DNA from: a virus | IMG/VR virus record: IMGVR_UViG_3300031994_000473 | Span: 1 to 26,023 of that record | Reading direction: 5' to 3' (one strand) | DNA length: 26,023 nucleotides | Shown: positions 1-11,647 of the stretch, piece by piece | Layout: every line of letters begins with the position of its first letter | Position numbering within the stretch: the stretch's first letter is position 1 | The notes under the pieces: model-generated | Databases searched by the model: none | Told to the model about the DNA's origin: nothing | What the model saw: only the letters and a program-made list of their open reading frames with translations | Translations under genes and position numbers: made by a program

Positions 1-126
1 AATCGCGGCATAAAAACAAGAATCGACTCTTCTTTTTTCCATATCAAGAGCAAGCGCAACTTCTTTAGCGGTTGCTCCATTATGTTCTTTAAGATAATTC
101 AAAATGCCGTAACTTATATCAGTCAT
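1..126 (-). CDS. 5' part (42 codons) of a small winged-helix protein gene, a second copy of 25801..26013 cut by the window edge
   Basis: ATG at 124-126 with GAGGAG upstream, 17 nt after the Tal stop. Nt 12-136 are identical to 25899-26023. Nt 1-11 differ at 2 positions: one Ser->Tyr change and one synonymous change. Confidence 0.6.
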   Translation of the reverse strand, partial: MTDISYGILNYLKEHNGATAKEVALALDMEKRRVDSCFYAAI

Positions 127-136
127 AATAATTTTA
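12..136. repeat. Terminal direct repeat, copy A (exact 125 bp; 136 bp with 2 mismatches)
   Basis: Base-by-base comparison with 25899..26023. Positions 1-11 versus 25888-25898 differ at positions 4 and 11. Confidence 0.9.
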
Positions 137-143
137 TCTCCTC

Positions 144-1163
144 TCAATTCAATGTAGCTAAGTTGGCTTTTATGTAAGCAATTTGCCTATCCGTATTATT
201 ATTAAATTTTGTCAGCATATCCGCAAAATTAACAATAGCATTAGATAACTAAATCTTATCACGTTCAGGTTCATGCGGATAGCGGTAAATTTTCTTTACC
301 CTTTGCTTTTGTTTTGTTCTCTTGATTTTATCAACTAATATAATATCATCTCCTAATTCTACCTAAAGCGGGAGCCCGCTTAATTGTAACTCATAACCTA
401 CAATAGGAGATGAATAATAATCTAAATATGCTTCAGCCATCATCTTTAGCTGTTGTGCCTATTCAATATCATCTTGTACCCAATATTGCGGCAAATATTT
501 GTCACAATATGAAAAATTCTATATTATAGGGCTTCCGTTGTTAATTGCAGTTATATTCAATCCATTTTTTCCTATTGGATATAAAACTGTTGTAAAATCG
601 TAGCACTGACTTTGTTTTTTGAGCAACTTTAACCGCAGCTCATTAGAAAAGTACATACCGCGGTTTTCCCCCATATGTCCGTAAACCCTAACTACCTTTT
701 CTTTTGTATCAAAGAAGATTTCTAAATTAAAATCCTCTTTAATTTGCTGAATAGCTTCATACGGGGTCGTCCTCAACGTATGATACTCAACCTCATTTAA
801 GTAAGTGCATTGATAATCAAGAGTCCAACTAGTACCTTCAAGAGCAGTAGTTAATGCTCCCTCAATATTCTTTTCTATAATATCATATACTGGAATTAAA
901 GTATGTTTTAATTCTTCAATGTCCGGAGAACAATAGATAGACATATACTTATAGTTATTTTCATTTACTTCTTTTATAACATAATTATAGTCTGCGGTTG
1001 TCACATATCCTTCCTATTGAACAACGGCTAAGTTCTATTCAGTCACAGGAAGTTTAAATGACAATGTCTTTAGCCCCGTATCTAACGAGGCTATGACACA
1101 CATATCCTTACTTTTATCGACTAACTTTAAGAAGTTTTTATCCGTATCATATATTTTAATCAT
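144..1163 (-). CDS. Tail-associated hub protein (Tal/gp27-like N-terminal region), 339 aa, 6 in-frame TAG
   Basis: Track ORF 519..1004 extends in frame through TAG at 1035 and 1014 upstream, and at 519, 459, 363 and 249 downstream. It starts at ATG 1161-1163 (AGGGGG upstream) and ends at TGA 144-146. The N-terminus MIKIYDTDKNFLKLVDKSKDMCVIASLDTGLKTLSFKLP and the motif YRYPHEPERDKI(TAG)LSN resemble the N-terminal region of Gram-positive siphophage minor structural/Tal proteins. Confidence 0.75.
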
Positions 1164-1175
1164 GCGGTCGCCCCC

Positions 1176-1544
1176 TTAAATGTATCTAGGTTGATACTAA
1201 ATACTTACACTAGAGGTTGCCGCATCAGTAATTGAAATTTCATTTATACCAGGTAATAAGCGAGGAAATTCCCAAGCATCATAGTCATTAAAAGCTGGTT
1301 GATCATCTTTTGTGACAGTGCGGTTGATACCATCTAATACAAGAATGGTATTTCTTTGCACTCTTGATACTCTAATAGGTTCATCACTTAAACCTGTAAT
1401 TTCCATTTGCATGACATCATTCTGGGGAACAATGGTCAGGCGGCAAGGGGCTGCCGCCGTCCCATTATTAATAATTGTAAAATCACCAGAAGAGTCAAAT
1501 TCAATAGGAAGATAAGTTTTTCCTTGTAATGACTCTATATTCAT
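1176..1544 (-). CDS. Distal tail protein (Dit) C-terminal domain encoded as a separate 122-aa protein, 1 in-frame TAG
   Basis: ATG 1542-1544 follows AAGGAGG. TAG at 1197-1199 is followed by YQPRYI and then TAA at 1176-1178. The sequence IINNGTAAAPCRLTI...LVLDGINRTVT...DAWEFPRLLPGINEISI...QPRYI fits the C-terminal half and typical ...RY(L/I) end of Sipho_tail/Dit proteins. Confidence 0.7.
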
Positions 1545-1561
1545 TGTTTTCCTCCTTATAA

Positions 1562-4500
1562 TTATCCTGCTACCGTATCTGTTGTATCAATCCAACCCAT
1601 ATTATTAACATATTTCCAGGCTTCATCTTGAATTAAATATGTTTGAGATTCAATTCTATCACCATTTTGATAAGTATGAACTAAGTATGCATCATTAGCT
1701 ATTGGTAATGAATATGCTTTTAATTCATCTTGTGAAACAATATAGGTTCTTGGATTTGCATATGTACCAGTATTTTTATTTGTATCTGTTTTCTTAATCC
1801 AACTATCTCCTGTCCAGTATAAAGTGCCATCAGTTGAATTTTCATATTTTGCAAAAATTGGTTTAACAGTTTCAGATTGTAATGTAATTGGATAAATATC
1901 CAATTTAGGAATCTTATAACTATTTAGGGAAGTTGCAGTATTATGCTGATTTCCTTTTAAAACTACCGTATCTTTTATTTCAGTTAATGTATCTGAATAG
2001 GTTTCAGAAGGTAACAATTCTAATTTATAAGAACGATACCATGCTTTGCCATCAGACCACCATAATCCTTCCACTCCATGTTCCTGATCATTTGTTGTAT
2101 AAAAGATAGGAATAACTATATCCTTATTAAGAGGATTAAATTTAGTAGAGTAAATTGAAGGTTGTTTATAATTATTAGTTCCATTATCTTTAACCTTTGC
2201 AAAATATTTAACATTATTTTTATCATATATCATAACATCATCTAATGATCCTACTGGAGAATCTGATGTATCAATAATTTGATCAAATAAAAATGGTTTA
2301 ATACCTGGGTCTGTTGTCCATGTTCTATATGGATCTTCACCCCTTGGATGTGCAGTATATTCATAAGAACTAGTGTGGTATACAGCTCCAGTAATTAAAT
2401 CTACTAAACAATGTGATCCTAATTTTTTACCATTGAAAATATATCCTTTTGGTAATGGAACAATATATTTTTGTAAGAAATAATCTTTCCAAACTTTAAA
2501 AGCATAAAATACTGGATAGTAGAATCCATGAGCAGAGCTAAAGCCATTTGCAAATATTCCTTGATGATACCAATATACTGGAGAAGGTTCATATATATTA
2601 CTACTAGGTGGTGTATATGAAAATTGACTTTGAGGAATTAAATTACGATTTTCTATAACTGCTCTTTTTGAACTATTAGTATTAGATTTTACAAGTTCAT
2701 CATTAAATTTAAACCAATAGAAACCATCCTAAAGAGGATTAGTGTTTAACTCTAATTTCTAAATTCCATCTATTGCATAGTCATCATGAGTATCTAATTC
2801 ATCACTTAATTTAACACCATAATATCCTGAATGATAATTACTTACGTTATCTTTATAACCTATAACTAAACTAATATCTCTTTTATTTGAAAAATTAGTA
2901 ATTAAAATTTTTTCAAGATTTCGACTATTAGGAAGTAAAAGCTGGCTAAAATTATAAAGAGTGAAAGTAGGATTATCATTATAACCATCTAATCGTGTGA
3001 ATAAAGATCTATAAGAACCGTCTTCACTGGTAAAGTTTGTAGCACAATTAGTTTGTAACTCCCAATCCCACATTCCACTATTTGTTGCACCGGGTGCATT
3101 ACTCCAATTGTCTAAGATCATAGTAGACATTGGAATATAAGAATCTGGAGGTAAATATGCTCTATATTTTCCATAACTTGGAATATATAAAATCCTTTGA
3201 ATTGCTGTGGTAATAATCTCTTCAAAAGTAAAGTAAACATCTTCATTATCATATGAACGAGGATTCCATAAGAATGTTCCATCTTCATATTGTTCTGAAG
3301 GCTTAAAAAGATTTTTATCTACTCCAAAGAAATCCCAAGTTAATCTAATAGGAGTATCTCTATATAAAGTGGGCTTAATTGGTTTTGTATAGTCATTTTC
3401 CATAATCACAGGATGAACTATATTAACATCTTCAATAAGAACGAATCCCCTAGTTGCGGAATCCGCTTCTAACCATACTAGGAAATAAGATTGTCCTTGG
3501 CTATTTACTCTAACTTCCTCGTCTTCAGTAACAAATCTAGTTCCAACAGGATAAGGTCCTTTTCTTCCATCCTCTCTAAAATCACCGTAGGAATATAAAT
3601 AAGTTTCAACTTTAGCAGTTAATAATCCATTATCCGCTTTATATCGTTCATATTTATTACTTGTTTCAATAAAGACATCCCAATCAGGATTCCAGTTGCT
3701 TATGCTACAAGAGAAAGCTGTTCTGCCCACTTCATATTGTTTAAAGCTTCTTTGAGTTGATACTTTAAATGGACCAAAATCAATTAATTTAACATTTCGC
3801 TTTTCAATCCAGCCCTAATCAATTTGATAAAGATTATTTTCAAAATCTAAAAGAGTAACCTCAGTTCCCTCTTCTATTGTATCTAAAACCTAAGATTTAT
3901 CTGCATTATAAATCGAAGAATCTCTTAAAATAATTCCTCTACCATAATAATCTCCAGTAGGAATAATAGAACCATTATGAATAATTTCTAATCCTTCTGG
4001 TAATGAATCTAATCTTGGATAAGTATCTTGACTCATATCGCTAGGATAATTATTTGTTTGACCTAACGCAAAGAATACATATTTTTCTTCAATATATTGA
4101 TTATCTTCTACTTCAACTTTTGATTGAATAGATACCTACTGTTGAGGAGTAATCCCAGAGTAAGTTATAGTAGCTTCTGGCGTTTCTGGCGCAAACCAAA
4201 TTACCTAATCTGTTGTATTTTTAACAATAGGATAATCAAGAGCTAAAGAAGAAGCTCTGGTAATAGTATAATCATCTTCAATATCAATATACCCATCTTC
4301 AGTTTCTAACATATCTGAATTGTCTGGACTAGCACCATAAAACTCAAAACTAGTATTAGCTTCATAGGTTTTAACTAAAGTCTATTTTTCAATATCTTCA
4401 TAAACATTAATTGCGGTGTTAGCTACAGCTAAACCAGTAGCGGTAGATTCTGTAAAGTACCTATCTTTATAATATACAACATTATAAGCATAAATAGTTT

Positions 4501-7500
4501 CTGGATATATAATATCTACATTATGTGCAGCGGTTAATTCTACACGATTAAAATTACCATTATAATTCATTTCGCCAGAATCATGGAAACGTAATTTATA
4601 TTGGTCTATTCCAAAATGATCCCCAAAGAAATCACTGAATAATTTAGACCAGCTATTGATTGTATTCCAATCAAGTTCATCTAAATGAACTACTCTAGCT
4701 TCTAATGCATTATATAATCTACCAGATTGATTAAATGATAAATCTTCTGTTTTAATCCAAGATTGATGTTCTGGACTCCAAGCCCAAAGTCTATCAATAG
4801 TCAATTTAGTAACAGTAATCATAGTTGAATATGGAACTGTAACTAAGTTTTCTGGATTTTCATCATATTCAGGATTCTGCCCTGGGCCAATAGTAGGATG
4901 AGTGTATCCAAGAATAATCCATCCTTTTGGATATTCTTTTAATCTACCCCAACCGCGTTTTTCTTCGATAACAGTATAACGTCCTTTATCTACGATTTCC
5001 GCCAATGTGCTATAAGCACGACCAGGTCCTTTATGTACCGCACAATAGTTAACATCAACATCTACTTGATAAGGAATGAAATAATCTTGTTTTTCATCCT
5101 CATATAATGCGGTATGATAATGATTAATATATTTAATTGCGCCGTTAGGATTTAAGACTCTAGCGTCTAAATCGCAATCTAAATAATTAACATCATCTTC
5201 ATTTAATGTAATTAAATCATCAGAGGCACCGCCGCGATAATAGTTAATATATAATAAATCTGGCTTCTCTTGTGCGGTAAATTCATCATAAATAACAACA
5301 GGTGATGGTGCGTCGATGAAACCTTTAATATCATTATCAATTAATAACTGTTCATTAAAAGCAATTCTACCTGGCTTATAATCTTCAGATGCATATAAAT
5401 CAACATCAATACCAAGATCTTCCAGTGAACTAGCATTTTCTATATCTTTAATGTTATAGAAAATATCTCTGCTACCAACTCTCTTGTTTCCTCTATAATA
5501 TTCAACGGTTTTAGTGAATGTTAATAATTTATAATAAATATTAGCGGTTCCTGCATTAAATATTGTCTTTAATACACTTTTCCCAACAACCTAACTATTT
5601 AAATTCCATGTTCCATATAATTCATCATTATCTAAAGATAATTTATGAGTAGTTGAATTGTACCATAAATTTTCATATCCTTCAAAATCATAATCTACAT
5701 CAAACATTCCGTTTGTATGGAAGTCATCTGGTTTAAAATCATTATATCTTAAAACTTCATAAATAGTTTCATTAGATTCTCTAAACATTACAGGAATATC
5801 AACATAATGATTGCCTAAGAAAGCATTATTTTCATCATAATAATTAATGACAATTTTACCAAATAAAGTCCAGTCATTACAAACATGGAATGGCGCAACC
5901 TAATGTGGCTAAACCTTTTTAGTTTGATTTGTATATGTCCACTGTCTATCCTCAGTGTCAATAGAGGAACTATAAGTTCCACCCTCATTAGCATTACTAA
6001 AGAAAATTTCAGTTACACGATCAAACATACCATTAGCTGGAGCTGTAAAATCATAAATTTTATCACCTTTAGCTACTGGAACTAAATCTCTTACTAATTT
6101 ATCCCTATCCCATATTTTTAAATACCATACTGCCATACGTGCGGGAACAGGGAAAGAATCAACTGGCATACCTTCATAAGCTATTGAAATAGTTTTAGAG
6201 ATATTTTGATAATGCCAACCTTGTTCAGAACTATCTGGTATAATAGTTGTAGACTCTACAGTAATCGAATTCTGGAAGCCAGTTTCATAAGGGTTATTAC
6301 TTAGTAAAACAGATAAACCATGTTGATTGAAGGTTCTTGCTCCAGTTAAAACTCCAGTAACTCGGAAAGGTTTCCAATTAATTTTACCAGTTTCTGGATT
6401 TCTAGTTATACCCAATGTTAAACTTCCTTTAGGTTTACCTCTCCATTCCCATAAATCAGTGTCTTGATTAACTAAATTATGAAATTCTGGATGCATTGAA
6501 TTTGTATAATCATACACTTCTGTATAATTATTTGGAGCATCTAAAACCATAGTTAAAGGATTACCAGCAACAAAACGAGCATGATCAATTGAACAACTAG
6601 TTATTTCTCCAAAAGGTGCGTTTGCTCTAAAATTAACCTCTGCATCTTGTATCATTCCCTTAAATGGTGAATCCTATTGAGAATCTGCGTCAAGAAAACT
6701 TGGATTAATATGTACAGCAGGACTTTTTATGCTATTTTGTGGAACAGGAATTGCACCAAACATTGGATACTAACCATGTCCCTAATTTTTGTCAACAGAA
6801 TAGGTATAGAATAAAGGAACAGATCTTAATTCTTCATCTAGAATTGAAGCTTTTCCTCGCCTCATTCCTCCATGTAATTCCCTCACTGATTCAATTGATC
6901 CATTAAGAGCATACCCATCAGGTGCATAAGGTGTTGCATGACTATTATATGAATGACCGTCCACATGAGTTGGTTGACCTAACTATCCACCATAATCCCA
7001 AAGTGTTGTCATGGTATGTCCAATATATCTAAAATCGCCGTCGTTGTTCTACGCAGCAGCTGTATAAGGTTTAGTTTGTTTTCCTAAATCCTTAATTGTT
7101 TCTTCAAAATTTTGAGCAGGATAATATCCAAAGAATCCTGCAAAATCATTACCCTTAAGTGAATAATGACTAGTTCCACCTATAGATCCTTGATTTAAAC
7201 AATAAGCCTTTATTTCACTTTTAAGCCTACCAATCTATTTAGGAGTATATCCTAAATCTAAATAAGGAGTGATAATATTTGCTTTTGGGTAGAAGGTTTG
7301 TTCCCCAAGTGAATTCCAATATGGAACAGGTAGAGTTCCCCAAGTTCCATGTGGATATCTTCCTGGAACCCATTCATCTCTAGCTATTGCTTCAGTACCA
7401 AAATCTCCTCCTTCAGCTATTTGTGTATATCCTTCAGCAGTATCAAACCAAAGAATCTTACTCGGCCAATCTTCATCATCAGGATCATGCGGCTATTCTT

Positions 7501-10500
7501 TAGTTTCATAAATAATATCTACATGACCTGCTTCAACAAGAGAAGTAAATGTATACCATGCTGTTTCGTCCGCTAAAACACCGCCCCAACAAATAATTGG
7601 TTTGTAAGCATTAAAATATGCATTTGGTAATTCATCAGTTAATTGGAACTGTTCATCATCATGCCAATCATCTACTTGAACTTGCCAATAATTGTTACCG
7701 ATTAAGTTTTCTTCATCCACCTCATCCGTATAATATCTAATTTCAATGCTAAACGGAGCAGGATCATATAAGATTTTATATTCACTCTTTAAAACATCTG
7801 GTGAGTAAAGATTTTCATCTTCAAGATACCATAAATAGTTTAAACCTTCTTTATAGAAACTTACACCAGATATTGCGGATTGCGGTCTGAATTGATTAAA
7901 ATTAATATGTTTTTCAATAAACTCGCCATCTGCAAATTGAGTTTCATCAAGAGATAAGGTAACTTCCCCAACCTTCTCATAAGACTCAAGTTTATTAAGT
8001 GGAGTAATACCAAAGACCTTCCGCCAATAGGTAACCTTAGTTGTATAAACTTGCGGATTCTCAACCTCTGTATATACAATAGTATAAGGTGAGTGTTCTA
8101 AGATACGTCTTAGTGTTACTTTTGTTTCAGGATATTCATAATTAACTTTATAATTATCCGGTTTATATTTTAATAACGGAACTATCTGTCCAAAAGTAGG
8201 AACTGATAAGAAATCTTTTTCAGTAAGTTCAATCACGTCTGATGTGATTAAATTGTTTTCATCATCTGCGCTATCTCTATAATAATTAACAGTAATATTA
8301 TAACTAATACTTTCATAATTAACATGGAATGTAAAGTTATTTACATTATCAAAATTAATTACTCCAATATCAGCTAAATTAACAATCGTACCACTGCCGC
8401 AATAGTTAGGTTGAAAATCATCCATAAATAAATTGGTGCTTTCAATCCAGTTACTATTTTCTGTGAAATCACTACCTCTAAAGTAATAGGTAACTGTATT
8501 AAATAATACGTTATCTTTATAATAATTTACATAACATTTTCCAATCTTATGCTCTGGATCATCATCTACTACATCAGGGTCATCCATGATATTAAAACTA
8601 TTTAATCCAGTTACATCTTCAAAGAAATTCTCTGTAATCTTATCGTAAAGACAATTACTTGGAGCAATCTTATCACCAATCTTATCAAAGAAAGCAACAG
8701 GGACAAAGTCACGAATTAACGTTCCGTCATAATAAATTTTACAACTCTTAATACCAACACCTGCAATACCGCCTTTATAAGAACCGTTATAATCACAAGC
8801 AAATAAATAAAGCGGGAGGTTCATTGGTACATGATTAGATTGAACTAAATGTGTAAAAGTAATAGTACCATAACTGTACCCTTCTCTTGTAGAAGAAGAA
8901 ATACCAGTATTAGAACTAAAACCTTCAGATGCATTTTCTTCAACAATTAATTCTGGTGTGCCGCGGCCAGCAGCTACGTTAAATGTATTAACACCAGTCA
9001 TTTCAGCCTTAGGACCGAATTGAGTATTATTACGATACTTAATATAATAATTACAATCCGCAGATACAGAACCGAATAAATAAGCATCTCCTACATTTAC
9101 ATTGTAAAGAGGTTCAGTGTCAAATACTCTGTAAGTATCTACTAAAACTGTTAATTTACTAACATCATCGCAAGTTACTCCAGTATTGATATAAGCATGA
9201 TTTAATGTCCAGTTTGTATATAAATTCTCAAACTCACCCATATCATTATGTTGTAAGAAAAGAATTCTATGTGGATAGTTAATTCCACTTGGATCAACTG
9301 GTTCACTTTCAGCTGTGTACACAATATCAATAGATTCAACAGCTCTCAATGCAGAGAAATTAACTGGTCCAGTATATTGTACCTCACCATTGCCGCAATA
9401 GCTAGGTTTGAAACCATTAATATCTAATCCTAAATCAGTTAAAGTAGTATTAGTTGAAAAACTTAATACAGTATAATTTAAAGTATCTGATCCAATCCAG
9501 TTCTCATCAGCTACTTCATCTGTATAATATCTAACTGATGTGCTATATTGAGTTGCGGAATATAATACATTATATGTTCCTTGTATATCTTCAAAAGTTA
9601 AAATAGCAGTTGCGGATTCCCCATCTATAATACCATCATTATAATATTCAGGTTTATGAGCATTTAAGTCAAACAATGAAGCTAAAGTAACTCCACCGCC
9701 CACCTGTGATTCTTCTATTGTTATGATAGAAGTATTAATGGTACTATACATTGATGCTAACTCTTGTTTATACTTAATAACAATACTTTTAGTACGAACT
9801 ACATCAACTTCTTTATATGCAATCTTAATTGGTGCATTTGCTAATAATGTAGCTAATTCAACAGCACCTTGATAAGAGTTATCTGCATCAAAAATATATC
9901 CTTCTGGACGTAATAAGTTAATATTAACAATCTGTGCAAGCGCAGGTGAATTTAAGAATTGAGTGGCATTAATTTGAATAGTTCTTGATTCAAGCTTTTC
10001 ATCATCTTGATAATAATCAACAACTAAATCAAAATCTTTTGCACTATAAAATATTTGTAAAACACCCACATCAATTAAATCATCAAAAGAAGTAATTGAA
10101 CCTTGTACGTTAAACAATCTTCCAGAATTATACTCTACAGTTAAATACCTATCTAAATCAATATTAACCGCCGCTAATATATCTTCCGCATTATCATAGC
10201 TAGTTTTATATTTAATTAAATGTGTATGAGTTGTAATTCTACTCCAATTTGGATAAGAACCATAAAAATATTCCACATACACGCGGTTTTCGGTTAATGG
10301 ATAATTAATCTGTACTGACGTTGGTAAAGTTTCAAAAGTAAGTTCTGTATTAGAATCCATGTTAACTACAGTTCCAGAATTATAATACTTTTGAGGTTTA
10401 TATAGGTCTTTATTAATAAAGTCCGTAATTTTTGCTCCGGGAAGAACATCACCTTCGCCGATAATATAAACAGTGGCGTCTTTAAATTCAAATTGACCGC

Positions 10501-11446
10501 TATCATTTTCTGTGTAGAATGTAACAGTTAATTCTTTTTTCTGTTCATTTGCAATATATTCATATCTAACTGTGAGATAAGGTAATGATATAAGACTTGT
10601 AAATGAGAAAACATATGGAGACGCATCGTTGAAATCTGTTAATACTCTAGTACCATTAGGTTTATTTCTTGAAAAATCAATTAAATCACCTAAACTATTT
10701 GCATTATCAACTTGTTCTTTTGTAAAATTAAGAACAGTATCCTCAATCCAAGCATACTCGCCATCTTCTTCTGTTTGTCTATAAAAGCTAACTTGCTTTT
10801 GATACACAATAGGAGCATAGTTAATAATTAAAGTACCAACATCTTTTAAATTAGAAAAAGTTAATTCCTTATTATTAAAATTAGCAATAACTCCACTCTG
10901 AAAATATTCAGGTTGATATTTATTTAATACAATCCCAAGAGAATCAAATGTAGTATTCTCATTAAAATCTGATGCTTTAATCATTACATCATCAGTAGAA
11001 AGTAAGGTATTGCCATTCCTATAATAAAGAACTTTTAATTTAAAATAATCAGTAGCAACAGTATCAGTGGTATATACTTCTGTACCACCTCTTGCGTAAT
11101 CACTCTACAAATTGAATGTTAAAACGAAATTACCATTCTTTAATCTGTTTTGTGATGCGGCGCCCCGCATTGTAACATCAAATATCAAGTTAATATCATC
11201 AAATATGATACTAGCTTTCTTTAACATTGATGTTAACTTACTCATAACTAAGAAGGCTTCAGCTTCATCATCTTTTAATACTAAGAATTTAAGCTGAATA
11301 TTTTTAAATTTATCTTGCTGTCTAATAAAAGTTGGTTGATTATCACCCTCCAACCAGTCTCTTGAAGTTTCAACCGTATTGCTCTGGATAACCCGGTCAT
11401 AAAGCTGAATCCCAAGAGTAGACAGGTCTATGCCATTAATTAGCAT
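1562..11446 (-). CDS. Giant 3,294-aa tail/baseplate adhesin: Dit N-domain fused to >12 MucBP-like repeat modules, three fibre-tip-like modules and several SH3b-like modules; 18 in-frame TAG
   Basis: Track ORFs 11105..11446, 7493..10984, 6782..6964, 5909..6655, 5591..5788, 4382..5005, 2759..3730 and 1562..2233 all lie in one frame. In-frame TAG codons are at 11105, 7493, 7235, 7049, 6983, 6782, 6770, 6674, 5909, 5900, 5591, 4382, 4205, 4136, 3890, 3815, 2759 and 2729. I scanned every inter-ORF gap for TTA/TCA (minus-strand TAA/TGA) in this frame and found none. ATG 11444-11446 follows GAGGAGG, and the gene ends at TAA 1562-1564. The first 113 aa (MLINGIDLSTLGIQLYDRV...FDDINLIFDVTMRGAA...NGNFVLTFNL) resemble the Dit/Sipho_tail N-domain. 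Confidence 0.8.
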
Positions 11447-11646
11447 TAATTACCTCCTCTTCTTTGGATTTCTAATCCAATATGGTTTAATAAGTTATTC
11501 ATTGACTAATCATCTTGCATAGAATAATCATTTATCGGCATTGGAGTTGACTCAATATGCGGTAAACCGCCATTAGAGTTTTGAATGTTTCTTCTGATAT
11601 TCTATTGCATAGCTTGATTAGTATCTCCAATATTTGTGATATTCAT
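11446..11646 (-). CDS. 66-aa protein at the position normally occupied by the tape measure gene; 2 in-frame TAG
   Basis: ATG 11644-11646 follows GAGGGA. TAA 11446-11448 overlaps the giant-gene ATG (TAATG). Translation: MNITNIGDTNQAMQ(TAG)NIRRNIQNSNGGLPHIESTPMPINDYSMQDD(TAG)SMNNLLNHIGLEIQRRGGN. Confidence 0.5.
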
Positions 11647-11647
11647 T

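Noticed and set aside
12-136. The terminal repeat as an IS or LTR-type mobile element end
   Set aside because: It is simply the 5' part of the wHTH gene plus its RBS. It has no inverted repeats, no transposase gene and no target-site duplication.
7493-10984. Treating track ORF 7493..10984 as an independent 1,163-aa gene under the standard code
   Set aside because: No Shine-Dalgarno sequence precedes ATG 10982-10984. The frame is open and protein-like upstream (another repeat module) back to the TAG at 11105 and into the Dit-N ORF.
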